Shown: positions 11,507 to 21,792, counted from the first letter of the stretch. The stretch: DNA of 64,000 nucleotides from a virus (IMGVR_UViG_3300033463_000005:160001-224000); one strand, 5' to 3'. Made by a program: numbers and translations. The notes: generated by a model from the sequence alone, not told the origin.

Positions 11507-11518
11507 TACAGAACCGTT
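11507..11518 (-). promoter_or_regulatory. putative late promoter AACG-N6-TA
   Basis: Minus strand AACGGTTCTGTA just upstream of the RBS of the 2436-aa gene. Confidence 0.45.
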
Positions 11519-11570
11519 TTGTTTGGGATTCTGGTCTCACGCTGTATCCTATTATTCTAACTTTTCATAT

Positions 11571-11580
11571 ATATATTATT
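11571..11580 (+). promoter_or_regulatory. putative early promoter RTATATNATT
   Basis: ATATATTATT upstream of a two-gene island. Confidence 0.6.
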
Positions 11581-11656
11581 AATATGAAGGGAGAAATAAA
11601 ATTGCTCTCTTTGCAAATTTTACAGGTCTCTATGAGACCAGAAAGTGAGGAATACC

Positions 11657-12103
11657 ATGAAAATGAATTCTATTTTCAAGCGGTTGCGTCGGCAATTCAC
11701 AAATAAGGAGGAATCTATTATGAAAACGAATATGACATATTTTGATTTTGAGGGAATGCCGACCCTCAAGATCGAAACAAACAACAATATCGGAACGGGG
11801 TATCTCCACCCGTTCAGAGCCTATTCATTCCAAGTCTCGGGCTCTGCTGACGGGCAGGGGGATTACGGGGCAACGTCTGTAATAGACTTGCCTGCCATTG
11901 CCAAGCATTTGACCGAAGCAAATTCTATGATTATTCTGCGCGAACTTGCGCAAACCGCAGTTTCCAATTTCCTCGGGGTGTCTCCCCGAGATGCCGCATT
12001 TGAATGCGGCTCCATTAATAACTTCAAAGAATTTGACCGATGGCTTGATGCAGTGTATGCCGGATTAATCCGGCAGGACTGTCGGTTTGGCCACTGGTGC
12101 TAA
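11657..12103 (+). CDS. hypothetical protein (alternative start 11720)
   Basis: Two in-frame ATGs, each with an RBS (GAGGA; AAGGAGG). Confidence 0.75.
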   Translation: MKMNSIFKRLRRQFTNKEESIMKTNMTYFDFEGMPTLKIETNNNIGTGYLHPFRAYSFQVSGSADGQGDYGATSVIDLPAIAKHLTEANSMIILRELAQTAVSNFLGVSPRDAAFECGSINNFKEFDRWLDAVYAGLIRQDCRFGHWC

Positions 12104-12122
12104 TTATAAAGGAGGAAATGTT

Positions 12123-12458
12123 ATGAAACTCAGAAAAACGAATATCGCGCTGTTCTCCAACGTTGTCGAGCGCACTTTCAGCGACACAAAGAAATACCGT
12201 GAGCTGAATATCTGCAGGTCCAACGGGTACTGGCGTTTCAGAGAAGTGGACGCCTACACAGGTACCTGCTTCAGTGAAATTATCCTTGGTATATCGTCAA
12301 AGTACTTATTGAATGAATTCCTCATCGTGAGGAGGAATTCAACCATCAAAACACTCAAGACCGCAAAAACGCTGGGGGAGGCCCTGGCGTTTATAACTGA
12401 TACCGTCTTCCAAAAGCGGTATTATGTCACGATCGAGGATCTTGCGACCCTCGGCTGA
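12123..12458 (+). CDS. hypothetical protein
   Basis: AAAGGAGG RBS before MKLRKTN. Confidence 0.8.
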   Translation: MKLRKTNIALFSNVVERTFSDTKKYRELNICRSNGYWRFREVDAYTGTCFSEIILGISSKYLLNEFLIVRRNSTIKTLKTAKTLGEALAFITDTVFQKRYYVTIEDLATLG

Positions 12459-12465
12459 ATAGCAA

Positions 12466-12532
12466 CCCACTACCGCTCTTCCGCAAAAAGAACCCAAGCC
12501 GATATGGCAAAGGGTTCCTAGTGGGAGAGCGG
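12466..12532 (+). ncRNA. candidate structured RNA element (unassigned)
   Basis: Three complementary pairs: CCCACTA/TAGTGGG, CCGCTCT/AGAGCGG, GAACCC/GGGTTC in a GC-rich intergenic patch. Confidence 0.4.
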
Positions 12533-12545
12533 AATACGAAACAAA

Positions 12546-12572
12546 ACAACCGGGGGATGATCCCCCGGTTGT
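12546..12572. terminator. bidirectional intrinsic terminator
   Basis: ACAACCGGGGGAT-G-ATCCCCCGGTTGT with T-tract after and A-rich tract before; between convergent genes. Confidence 0.85.
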
Positions 12573-12578
12573 ATTTTT

Positions 12579-15500
12579 TTACAAATTGCCTTCCCAAATT
12601 CTTTTTACTTTTTTCTTCAATTCAATTAATATCTTATTTGCCGATGCAGTCACGAGCATACTCGGAATCATACGACCCAAGATAGAACGTGGGGATACAA
12701 ACATACTGATTTCTTCACCAGGTTCGGATTCCGCATACGGCTCCAATCCTTCAGGAACAACTTCCGAAATGACTTGTTTGGATGCAGCGTACACAACACA
12801 TTTATCTCCAATTGACACTTCGTCAGAATGTTCGATATAGATTTCAATTAACACATCACAGTTGATGCCTTTGATGGATGATGCTCGTAATGGTTGCGTT
12901 GGAAGTGAATACAACGTTCCGAGTTTATACACGCCATCCGTCTTATCATATTTATCCAACGTTTTTCTTTTTTCAATGTTTTCTTTGAAATGATTGTCGA
13001 TGATATCAAACAAAGATGGAGACAGTTTGTCCATACTCTTGATTGTATACATGCGAATATCCACAACCCGTCCTGCATGCTTTGATTTGATCGTACGTTT
13101 TGCAGTATCCATGATGTTGGAATCTGTTTGGAATGCTTTCAAGAAATCGTCAACCGCTTTATCGCCGGTATCACCTAAACCAAACACAATCAACGGATCA
13201 CCGATTTCAACCTCATCTCCGACTTTCACAATGAAATCAACATCATCGGTCGCATTTAACTTTGATGCTTGACACATTGTGACTGCAGATGACAACCGCT
13301 TGGACATCTTATGTGTCATCAAACCAGCGTCTTCATATGTAGAATACAAACCGGCGAACGCAACTTTTGCCAATGGTCCAATGTTCAATCGAACCATACC
13401 GGATGAATCTTTCGAGAAGAACTTTTCGTGATATGCCAAGATATCATTCTTCTCAAATGTATCATCTTTCTCAAAATTGGACACGAGTTTATTATCCACA
13501 TAGAAACCGGAACCAGGATTGAATGAATACCGATCAGAAACAGGGATCGCTTGTTTCTTACCAGACTCATATTCAACGACCATGTATCCATTTGAAATAT
13601 CAATGACTTTACCATTCTCTTTTGCGGTCACAGCAAATTCCGATGACAAATAAGATGGTACAATTTCATCAATACCATTTGAAACCAGAACCGGTTCCGC
13701 GTCTGCGGTTGGAAGAATATGAGATGTTTGCGATGTTGCAATTGCATTACGAATAGAATCATCACGAGATACAGTTCCCGGTGTTAACAGTTCGGAGAAT
13801 GATGCTAATTGCAAATCGTTGTAATCCGTTGATATGTCTTCCGTTGATGTATATCCACGCAACGATTCCACCTTTGGATCAACAACAAGCTGACGTGTAA
13901 TACCAACCGTACCATTGTTTGGAGACGACAGTGCGAGTTTTCCAATCATGGATTCCTCATAAGAACGTTTCGGCAATGAGTATGCTTCTGGTTCATTAAC
14001 ACCATGGAATCCTTTCTTGGAGACATTCTCTCTATCATGCAATTCAACCATTGGATTCAATGCGGAAATACCATTCACCGTTTCAATCTTGATCAATGTC
14101 TGAATTAGATCATTTGGATTCCATGGCAATTTTGCATCCGCCATCTTACTACCAATCTGGTTGTTATACCGGGAAATCGCTTTTGCCAACAAGCCATGAA
14201 TAATTGCAGGAATGATTTCGGATGCTCGAACACGATACAACGAGGAACTCGTTTCACCTTTGAAGTGATTGTCTGCCAACATATTTGCAGCATAAATCAA
14301 CATATCACAAATATCGGTCGGCAAATGATAATGCTGACACACATCTTCTGTGATTGCATCGATAAAGAAGTGATAATTTGTTCGGAAAATAGATAACTCC
14401 GAGAATTGTTTGAAGAACATCTGATTGAAGATATCAATGAAAACAGAATTGGAATCAAACACGGTGGAATCCAGATCGGTTGTATTGTATTCTTTCGGAT
14501 TCAAACGGAAGAAGCCGTTGAACAACAACTGATTGTTCACCGTGTTTTGAATTGCCAATGTTTTATCTTTGAATGGGATTTTAATGAATCCGGGAGCATC
14601 TTCATTTTTTGTAATGTATTTATACTGCGCACCAGACCGTTTTAACAACGAAGACAAACCTTCCCATGCAGCGATGCCAACACCAACCGGCATTTTGATA
14701 TTACCGATCTTCATTTTGGCATACATGGAAATCTTTGTCGGTTTGGTTTTGTTGAACACTTTCCACATTTCTTCTGGTAAAATTTGTGATATGATTTCTG
14801 TCAAGCTTCTACCACGACGATCCAGACCAGTTTCTGTATTCAAAACAACCGGAACCTGATTGATGGAACCACAACAGAATTCATTTTCTTGAACAGTTAC
14901 AAAGCCATACTCACGCAAGCATTGTTCACGGTTAAACAGAATCTTGCATTTTTGAGAATCGTCGATGTAATGCAGCCAACGTTTTGCATACTCATCATAT
15001 TCGATTGTCGAAACGAATCGAGAGTTTGTTGCCGTGGATGAACCATACCGAACATACGGGTTTGTTCCATCCGGTTTATTTGCGGATGCGACAGCTTTCA
15101 ATAATAAGGAAACATCAACCAATGATTTTGTATCATAACGGATGATATCAATCTTGTTGTAATTGGTCGTCAACATCACACGCTTCTGATTAATCTTCAG
15201 AATCGGAATGGGGAAATCTTGTTTTCCAATATTATTCCATGTTCCATTATAATAGAATCTACCATTCATCAATTTTGGAACATAAATATTGATATGAGAT
15301 TTCGATCCAGTTTTTCGATTCACAAGTGATACTTTCCAGTTGTGCATCAACGATACTGGTGTTGAGATATCTTCCACATCAATATTTGTAACATCGAATC
15401 CCTCTGGAAGTTTTTTCAATGTCATGAATGTCGCAACGATATCCTGATCCAACATTTGTTCCTCATATGCTTCTTGCATATTTGCAAATGATGATCCTTG

Positions 15501-16775
15501 CATTGCACCACGGTTTGTTGTTGTAATCTTCAACGGACGAACCGGTGGTGGTTTCGGGATATCCGTGATGGTTTTCATTGCATTGATGTTTAAACTCTTT
15601 AAACGAATCTGTCCAATATTTTCACGCATCTTTGTTTCACGTGGTGATGTCAAAGTTTGCATAATACTCTTTTCATCCGAAACAGCACGTGAATCCGCAA
15701 TCTCTTTCGATGCTTGATTGATGATATCGTTTTCAACCGGAGTATCACCACCAGTTTCCAAATCACTCGCAATTCGTTTATAATCCGAAACTGCATTTTG
15801 ATTCGGATTAATGCGATGAATCAATGATGCATTGATCTGTAATGTCTTTGCAGAATACAATGTATCTTTTTCTGAACGCGCATCATCCACACCCAATTTC
15901 TTTTTCAACTGTTGCAATGAATTCTTTAATCCAGAACCACCACTCGATGCGGTTGTCGGTTGACCTTGGTCTTCTTCGGTTTTGTTCGCTTGTAAATCAT
16001 TCAACATTTCATCAACGCTTTCATCTGATGAAGTTGAATGAGTGACACCTTTGAACGATGTACCAATTTTGTCAACCATTGTTTGCAGCAGCGGTTGCTT
16101 TTCAGCATTCATCATCGGGAAATGCATCTTGTAATCTGTAGTAGATGAACGGAAGATCAATGTGATATCAGATTTGACATTCTGATTCGCATCGTTCAAG
16201 AATGATTGCACAACACCGTTTACAAGATCGGATTTGCAAGCATCCTTATTTTCCGAATCATAAATACGAAAACGATCTGTATTGATAATCAATACTTTCT
16301 TTTGTGCTGGAGAACATAAACCCATCATCGTGGACATCATTTGAACTGCATGCTGATGGATGTATTCAGTGGATAATGCACGATAACCAGAATTGAATTT
16401 CATCAACACATCGGAGAACGGAATGTAAGCATTCTCTTTCAATGTTTTCATACTCGTCGGAGGAATGATTTTCAATTGTGGAACTAGCTTTTGTTTCTGG
16501 ACATATTCCACTTTTCGTTTATATGATTCATTTGATAATTGATATTTGAAATCCATCGTTCCAATTTTACCATGAATAGAATATGGAATCACAATAGATT
16601 TGAAATTGATACGTGGAGGTGGAACCCGTTTGATCAATTCAATATCATATTCAAACGATCCAGACAAAAGAAAGACAGCAGCACCATCTTTTTGATCTGG
16701 TAACTGATATGGTGCTAACACTGGTTGCAGTGTTTTACCATTCACAAGATTGGTTGCTTCTTGAATGAATTGCAT
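12579..16775 (-). CDS. phage multisubunit RNA polymerase beta-like subunit (probable virion RNAP, phiKZ gp178-like)
   Basis: YED motif (TYEDAGL), GDKxxxxxxxK (GDKCVVYAASKQVIS), SPRSILGRM, IATSQTSH, GTVGITRQL; ends soon after the RM motif as in split phage beta subunits; begins MQFIQEA. Confidence 0.9.
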   Translation of the reverse strand: MQFIQEATNLVNGKTLQPVLAPYQLPDQKDGAAVFLLSGSFEYDIELIKRVPPPRINFKSIVIPYSIHGKIGTMDFKYQLSNESYKRKVEYVQKQKLVPQLKIIPPTSMKTLKENAYIPFSDVLMKFNSGYRALSTEYIHQHAVQMMSTMMGLCSPAQKKVLIINTDRFRIYDSENKDACKSDLVNGVVQSFLNDANQNVKSDITLIFRSSTTDYKMHFPMMNAEKQPLLQTMVDKIGTSFKGVTHSTSSDESVDEMLNDLQANKTEEDQGQPTTASSGGSGLKNSLQQLKKKLGVDDARSEKDTLYSAKTLQINASLIHRINPNQNAVSDYKRIASDLETGGDTPVENDIINQASKEIADSRAVSDEKSIMQTLTSPRETKMRENIGQIRLKSLNINAMKTITDIPKPPPVRPLKITTTNRGAMQGSSFANMQEAYEEQMLDQDIVATFMTLKKLPEGFDVTNIDVEDISTPVSLMHNWKVSLVNRKTGSKSHINIYVPKLMNGRFYYNGTWNNIGKQDFPIPILKINQKRVMLTTNYNKIDIIRYDTKSLVDVSLLLKAVASANKPDGTNPYVRYGSSTATNSRFVSTIEYDEYAKRWLHYIDDSQKCKILFNREQCLREYGFVTVQENEFCCGSINQVPVVLNTETGLDRRGRSLTEIISQILPEEMWKVFNKTKPTKISMYAKMKIGNIKMPVGVGIAAWEGLSSLLKRSGAQYKYITKNEDAPGFIKIPFKDKTLAIQNTVNNQLLFNGFFRLNPKEYNTTDLDSTVFDSNSVFIDIFNQMFFKQFSELSIFRTNYHFFIDAITEDVCQHYHLPTDICDMLIYAANMLADNHFKGETSSSLYRVRASEIIPAIIHGLLAKAISRYNNQIGSKMADAKLPWNPNDLIQTLIKIETVNGISALNPMVELHDRENVSKKGFHGVNEPEAYSLPKRSYEESMIGKLALSSPNNGTVGITRQLVVDPKVESLRGYTSTEDISTDYNDLQLASFSELLTPGTVSRDDSIRNAIATSQTSHILPTADAEPVLVSNGIDEIVPSYLSSEFAVTAKENGKVIDISNGYMVVEYESGKKQAIPVSDRYSFNPGSGFYVDNKLVSNFEKDDTFEKNDILAYHEKFFSKDSSGMVRLNIGPLAKVAFAGLYSTYEDAGLMTHKMSKRLSSAVTMCQASKLNATDDVDFIVKVGDEVEIGDPLIVFGLGDTGDKAVDDFLKAFQTDSNIMDTAKRTIKSKHAGRVVDIRMYTIKSMDKLSPSLFDIIDNHFKENIEKRKTLDKYDKTDGVYKLGTLYSLPTQPLRASSIKGINCDVLIEIYIEHSDEVSIGDKCVVYAASKQVISEVVPEGLEPYAESEPGEEISMFVSPRSILGRMIPSMLVTASANKILIELKKKVKRIWEGNL

Positions 16776-16822
16776 GATTATACACTTCCTTACAAACAAA
16801 ATTAAAAGGAGGGAGATCTTAT

Positions 16823-16981
16823 ATGTTTAAAGAAAAACGCACATACTATTACACATGTCCGTATTGCGGAGCCAATCTGGATCCAGGCGAGACATGCGAT
16901 TGTCAGAAGATTACCGAACAGTCCGATGACGAATCAAATGAAAAGGAGAATACTGATCATGAACAAACACGGGGAGAATGA
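16823..16981 (+). CDS. small zinc-ribbon protein, 52 aa (not in ORF track)
   Basis: AAGGAGGGAG RBS; MFKEKRTYYYTCPYCGANLDPGETCDCQK... with CxxC...CxC. Confidence 0.8.
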   Translation: MFKEKRTYYYTCPYCGANLDPGETCDCQKITEQSDDESNEKENTDHEQTRGE

Positions 16982-17228
16982 CATGTTGGGATTTATTACA
17001 ATGGAAGACATTACACATTGCAAAGAAGATCACAATTATGTTGTTTGGAATTATGGATTTCCGATTGAATATCGCATCAAAGAATTTAAACGAATTATGA
17101 AATACAAATTTAATCATTTCTTTTATAAAAAAGAAATGGATTACATTATTAAAGATGATTCCCCAATGCGAGCATCCGAATTTATTCGACGTGTTCGAAA
17201 TATTTTATTCCACGATTATTCTGTATAA
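16959..17228 (+). CDS. hypothetical protein
   Basis: AAGGAG RBS before MNKHGE; ends before a terminator. Confidence 0.7.
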   Translation: MNKHGENDMLGFITMEDITHCKEDHNYVVWNYGFPIEYRIKEFKRIMKYKFNHFFYKKEMDYIIKDDSPMRASEFIRRVRNILFHDYSV

Positions 17229-17232
17229 AAAA

Positions 17233-17258
17233 GAAAGCGGGGTGAAAACCCCGCTTTC
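17233..17258. terminator. hairpin terminator between convergent genes
   Basis: GAAAGCGGGGT-GAAA-ACCCCGCTTTC. Confidence 0.85.
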
Positions 17259-17262
17259 CATA

Positions 17263-17883
17263 TCATACACGTTCTTCAAAACTGGCAACCAACATGCCAC
17301 CTGACATATTGACCAAACGTTGAATGGTTGAAATCGATACAACCATTCCAGCTCGTTCAATCTCTGAACTCTTGTAATATTTTGAAACAAGCTGCGATAC
17401 ATTATTGACGATTGTTGATTTCAAGGTTGCGACCATTTTCTTTCTGACATCTGCCGGTGTGATCTGATAATACTGCAATACATCACCAAACATATGCAGA
17501 AAGTTTGCTTCCGTATCGAATCTCCATTCCATGATCGTTTGAAATTCAACATTCTGCATTGTGACAATACAGCACATGTTTGGCTGAACTCTTCTGACTG
17601 ATTGCAGTATCTCTGTCAGTTTTGTCTGTGAGATTGAATTCGTCTCTGAATTCAATAGTTTGCAAATGCGTTCATTCAACGCTTCTCCTCGGATGATATT
17701 CTCGTTTACTGCTTTACACAATGCTGTCATCAGAATATCATTGTTGACTTTGTGTGATGTATCAACGATAGGTTTGACTTCCACAACATCGTGTAGCTTT
17801 GACAATGCATCCGGATTTATCATTGTTTTTGCTTCCTCAAGGGTCATCATATATAATTCCTCCTTATATTTGATATCGGACAT
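17263..17883 (-). CDS. hypothetical protein (true start probably internal, MMTLEE)
   Basis: ORF with AAGGAGG upstream of an internal ATG; own promoter motif at ~17900. Confidence 0.75.
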   Translation of the reverse strand: MSDIKYKEELYMMTLEEAKTMINPDALSKLHDVVEVKPIVDTSHKVNNDILMTALCKAVNENIIRGEALNERICKLLNSETNSISQTKLTEILQSVRRVQPNMCCIVTMQNVEFQTIMEWRFDTEANFLHMFGDVLQYYQITPADVRKKMVATLKSTIVNNVSQLVSKYYKSSEIERAGMVVSISTIQRLVNMSGGMLVASFEERV

Positions 17884-17899
17884 TCCGTATATCCAAAGA

Positions 17900-17909
17900 A
17901 ATTATATAT
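17900..17909 (-). promoter_or_regulatory. putative early promoter RTATATNATT
   Basis: Minus strand ATATATAATT just after terminator U-tract. Confidence 0.6.
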
Positions 17910-17924
17910 GTATAAAAATAATAA

Positions 17925-17954
17925 AATACAGTGGGGCCGAAGCCCCACTGTATT
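17925..17954 (-). terminator. intrinsic terminator
   Basis: AATACAGTGGGGC-CGAA-GCCCCACTGTATT (UUCG loop on minus strand) followed by U-tract. Confidence 0.9.
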
Positions 17955-17962
17955 CGCTGTGA

Positions 17963-18799
17963 TTATTTAAAAATATCAAAGAAACTTTCTTGGATGGTTT
18001 TCTTGTTTGCATCCCAACCTCTGCGGATCGACATGGATGGATCCATCTTAAACAGATAATCCATTTCACACAAACAATACTCGATGATGGAAGCATTCAT
18101 TGCATCCTTGTGCGCAACGGTAATACCATAACCAGCACCTTCAGCAATGATTGCACCGGTCATCTTCAGAATTGTAGATTCATTTGTGGTGTCGTTCTCC
18201 TCAAGTGGAATCTCCTCTTCCTCGGATTCAGACTTCTTCTCAACAATTTTCTTGTCTAGATCATCAAATACCGGAGCAGCATTCGATTGTGTGATAACTT
18301 TCGCAACATCATCAACAACTTTCTTTGACACAATGTCTTTCAGCTGTTTCCGAAGTTCCTCATAGCTTTCAACATTCTTCAATTCATCCTTCATGTTTGC
18401 TTCCGCATCCACATCAGTCTCATTGTCATCGGTGATCTTTGATTGAACTGTCATTGCTTTATCATCGATTTCCTGAATGACATTGGAGAGAATTGGAGAA
18501 TTCAGTTTATCTCTGGATTTGCAGAGATAATCATAACAGGTACAACCATAATCATCATGAATATGTTTCATGATAGATTGATCGATCATACCATCGAGAT
18601 CTTTGGTTTCATCATGCATCATCGCACAGATGATGTCTTTGAGAACATACAATGACAGCTTCTCACGGAATTCACCGGCATCAAACGTTTGGGGTTCAGG
18701 TGTTCCCATATTCTGATGCAGTGTTGAGTTTACTGTATTCGGAATTTTATTATTGGTGCCATCAATGATAGCGTCCAAAATAGATTTCACATCCGGCAT
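17963..18799 (-). CDS. acidic putative head/internal virion protein
   Basis: 278 aa, acidic, IQES motif near the C-terminus, co-oriented with the 989-aa QE-motif protein. Confidence 0.5.
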   Translation of the reverse strand: MPDVKSILDAIIDGTNNKIPNTVNSTLHQNMGTPEPQTFDAGEFREKLSLYVLKDIICAMMHDETKDLDGMIDQSIMKHIHDDYGCTCYDYLCKSRDKLNSPILSNVIQEIDDKAMTVQSKITDDNETDVDAEANMKDELKNVESYEELRKQLKDIVSKKVVDDVAKVITQSNAAPVFDDLDKKIVEKKSESEEEEIPLEENDTTNESTILKMTGAIIAEGAGYGITVAHKDAMNASIIEYCLCEMDYLFKMDPSMSIRRGWDANKKTIQESFFDIFK

Positions 18800-18822
18800 T
18801 GTATATCAACTCCTTTCGTATA

Positions 18823-21792
18823 TTAATAGCAAGCCCAGTCAAACACAGCTTTGGAAAAATCACACTTTGAAAGTGCTTCTTTTGTAATAAAGATTTGACC
18901 TGTACCACAATCTCCCCACATAATCGGTTTTGTTGAGTCTAATTGCAGAAGCAGGAAGCAATTTTCTGATGTAAATTTCACATCATCATATGCTCTGAAA
19001 TCGGATTGTGTGAATCCCGGATATCCTCCGATCTTATCACCATATTGATCAAATATTCCTTTACGATCAATTTGTTCAGAAAAACCTTTCGGAATCATAT
19101 CGATGATCTTATCATAAGCTTTTGAATCATTCAATTTCTTTTCTGGATCCGAAACATTTTCATTCCATGTTTCTATAAAAATCTTTTCATAATCATCAAT
19201 TTCATTCCAGGACCACGGTGCATTACAATTTTCCGATTTCTTAAATGTGACAATGTATTGATCATTCTTTTCGCCAAAGCAATAAACTGAATCACGGTCA
19301 TCATATATGGTCATATCAATCTGATTCACGAGTTCTTTTGTCTTATCCAGTTTTTTCATATCATCGGAAGAATAATACAGAACTCTGTATCGATTATCAT
19401 TCTTATTCCAACGACCAGAATTCATATTGCGGTCTAACCAGAATTGCATAATTCCATTTGATGGTAATTCTGATAATCCCGGAACATCCGCGAAATTAAT
19501 CTGGATAACAAATCGTAACTGTTTTCCATTTTTATCTGTTGGAATTTCTGCAATAAATGGCGGAATACCACCAATGACACTTGATGTTGGTTTGACAGAA
19601 TCGGGGTTGGCTTTTGAAGACCACGATAACTCAACACATGGTTTCTTCGTCTTATTCTCGATTAGCTTCAGAATCTTCTTGAACTCATCTGCTGAAAGTG
19701 GAAATTCATTTGGTAACGATGGACCTGATGTTTCGGTTTGTTCCACCTTTTTTGATTTACCAAAAATCTTATCAAAGAAACCATTCTTTTTTATAAATGC
19801 CAATCTATCAAGACTAACATTTTTCTTTATTACATCAGGAGCATGTTTTCTTTTCAAAAACAATGCTGCTTCTTGAACAGGTTTCGGATTCTTCGACTCA
19901 ACGATTTTTGCGACCGCGGTTGCTTCTGAAACAAAAGCTTGAATCAAACGTTTCACAACAGAAACGGAATTATCATCAACATCAGAACGCATGAGCGCAA
20001 TTAAATCAACGAGGACATGATTCAGACGTCTTAATTGATTCCGTTCGGATTCATCAAAGACTTTCTTCATACCGGAAGCTTTATGAACAACACGATTTAA
20101 TTTCTTACCTTCCTTGCGGAATTGGGAGCATAATTCAGTGATATCCATATCATTGTTATTCAGGACACCCATTGTTTTTCTGAGGTGAATATCCAGCTCC
20201 TTACCGATATTACCTCTCGTCAGAAAAAAAGCTTCTTGCGCTAGCTCCTCTTCTGTACCTTCAGTGGATGTATCTCCGGAATTCATGAAATCTTTCAGCT
20301 GTTGAATTGTCATGCCCTTGAGCTTCTCTGTACCTTGAGCCAAAAGCTCATCAATTGTCATATTGTCGAAATCAAGGTTTGATGTATCTTCAACAGGTTC
20401 CGCACCGGTCGAGCCTTCATCACCGATATCAGCAGCCAACTCTTCATCGGTTGGAGCATCCGTTGTATCCGAAAGATCGACGTCATTTGTGTCAGTTGCA
20501 TCTGTTGTACCATTGTCATCCATCAGGTCATCGATGTTAACATCAGAGGAATCATCAGTATTGTCAGCCTTTGTATCAGCCGCAACCTTTTCTGCAATCT
20601 GATCAGAAACGTCATTGGTCTCAATCGCTTCCTTGTTGTCGTCCGTTGCAGGAGCATCAGTTGTCACATCTGCACCGGCATCAGGTGTTGCTTGTGCTTG
20701 ACCATCTGCTGGTGGTGTATCGATAGAAACATCTGCTGCATTGGAATCTGTTGCAGGAGCTTCATCCGGATTACCAAAATCAATCGCCTCTTGGAAGAAA
20801 CGACTCGGTCTTGCCGTTGGATGTTCTGCCTCATAAGCCATCTCTTGAATGGCTTCACGTTTTGTAGTCGCATGCAGTTTCTTGATATCAGCTTCGGAAG
20901 TCTTTGTGAAGTTCTTCTCCGTTGCATTGTGAGAACCTTTGATCGGAACAGTCCATGTGATATATGGATATGCCTCCGAACCTTCTTTACCATCAATCTC
21001 AAAACCAAAGGAAACGCAATATTTATCCATCGGCTCAACCGGGACAATAACCTCTGTTGGTGTAATCTTCTCCCAAATGTCATAAGGACGTTCTACACCC
21101 AGTTCAGCACCATGTTGATTAAATAAAATCTGACGAAGTTGTGTGCCAATATTATCAAAATACTTCTGAAGAACCTGAATACTCTCAAGCTGCTTCTTCA
21201 GAATCCGATGTTTCTTATCGACCTGCCAACCAATCGGAAGTTTGACATAATAGGAACCTTTGTCAGGATGCTTACCAAAGTCAAGCGTAATTCTAGAAGG
21301 AACAGAATTATCCGAAATGTTAATTTTACCAAATCCAAACAGACCTTCCTGAATGATTTGATCCGTGTACTTTTTGTATGCAACAGCAGCTTCTGCAGTA
21401 ACTCTCTCCTCAAAAGCAGCATCTGTTTCACGGGCAAACTGTGTCATACTATTGTATGTTTCGGTGTAAATCTGATCGTATGTCTTCATGCCAAAATGCT
21501 CAAGAGCAAGATCAGATTCCTGAACTGTTGCATCCATCGGGATATTCGTCACACGACCATCCAACAGGTTCATTTCAACAGAATCAATCTCGATGTCGTC
21601 TTCCAGAGGGATATCGATCTTCGTGTAAGGACGGCTGCTACCAGCAGATGTACCCTTCATAGACAGATCATCCAGCTCTTGGAATAGATGTGCATACTCG
21701 AGAATTGCTTCATTCATTTGAGTCTCCGATTGAGACTCATCAGTTTCAGTATGCATTCTTGCCTGAAGCTCTTTGCTGATGTAATCAAGCAT
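18823..21792 (-). CDS. putative internal head protein with multiple QE sites and C-terminal DUF1963/YwqG-like domain
   Basis: VQES, IQEG, IQEM, FQEA, AQEA, VQEA; long acidic linker; C-terminal FVIQINF...KIGGYPGFTQ...LLLQLDS...MWGDCG...DFSKAVFDWAC is the YwqG pattern. Confidence 0.75.
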   Translation of the reverse strand: MLDYISKELQARMHTETDESQSETQMNEAILEYAHLFQELDDLSMKGTSAGSSRPYTKIDIPLEDDIEIDSVEMNLLDGRVTNIPMDATVQESDLALEHFGMKTYDQIYTETYNSMTQFARETDAAFEERVTAEAAVAYKKYTDQIIQEGLFGFGKINISDNSVPSRITLDFGKHPDKGSYYVKLPIGWQVDKKHRILKKQLESIQVLQKYFDNIGTQLRQILFNQHGAELGVERPYDIWEKITPTEVIVPVEPMDKYCVSFGFEIDGKEGSEAYPYITWTVPIKGSHNATEKNFTKTSEADIKKLHATTKREAIQEMAYEAEHPTARPSRFFQEAIDFGNPDEAPATDSNAADVSIDTPPADGQAQATPDAGADVTTDAPATDDNKEAIETNDVSDQIAEKVAADTKADNTDDSSDVNIDDLMDDNGTTDATDTNDVDLSDTTDAPTDEELAADIGDEGSTGAEPVEDTSNLDFDNMTIDELLAQGTEKLKGMTIQQLKDFMNSGDTSTEGTEEELAQEAFFLTRGNIGKELDIHLRKTMGVLNNNDMDITELCSQFRKEGKKLNRVVHKASGMKKVFDESERNQLRRLNHVLVDLIALMRSDVDDNSVSVVKRLIQAFVSEATAVAKIVESKNPKPVQEAALFLKRKHAPDVIKKNVSLDRLAFIKKNGFFDKIFGKSKKVEQTETSGPSLPNEFPLSADEFKKILKLIENKTKKPCVELSWSSKANPDSVKPTSSVIGGIPPFIAEIPTDKNGKQLRFVIQINFADVPGLSELPSNGIMQFWLDRNMNSGRWNKNDNRYRVLYYSSDDMKKLDKTKELVNQIDMTIYDDRDSVYCFGEKNDQYIVTFKKSENCNAPWSWNEIDDYEKIFIETWNENVSDPEKKLNDSKAYDKIIDMIPKGFSEQIDRKGIFDQYGDKIGGYPGFTQSDFRAYDDVKFTSENCFLLLQLDSTKPIMWGDCGTGQIFITKEALSKCDFSKAVFDWACY

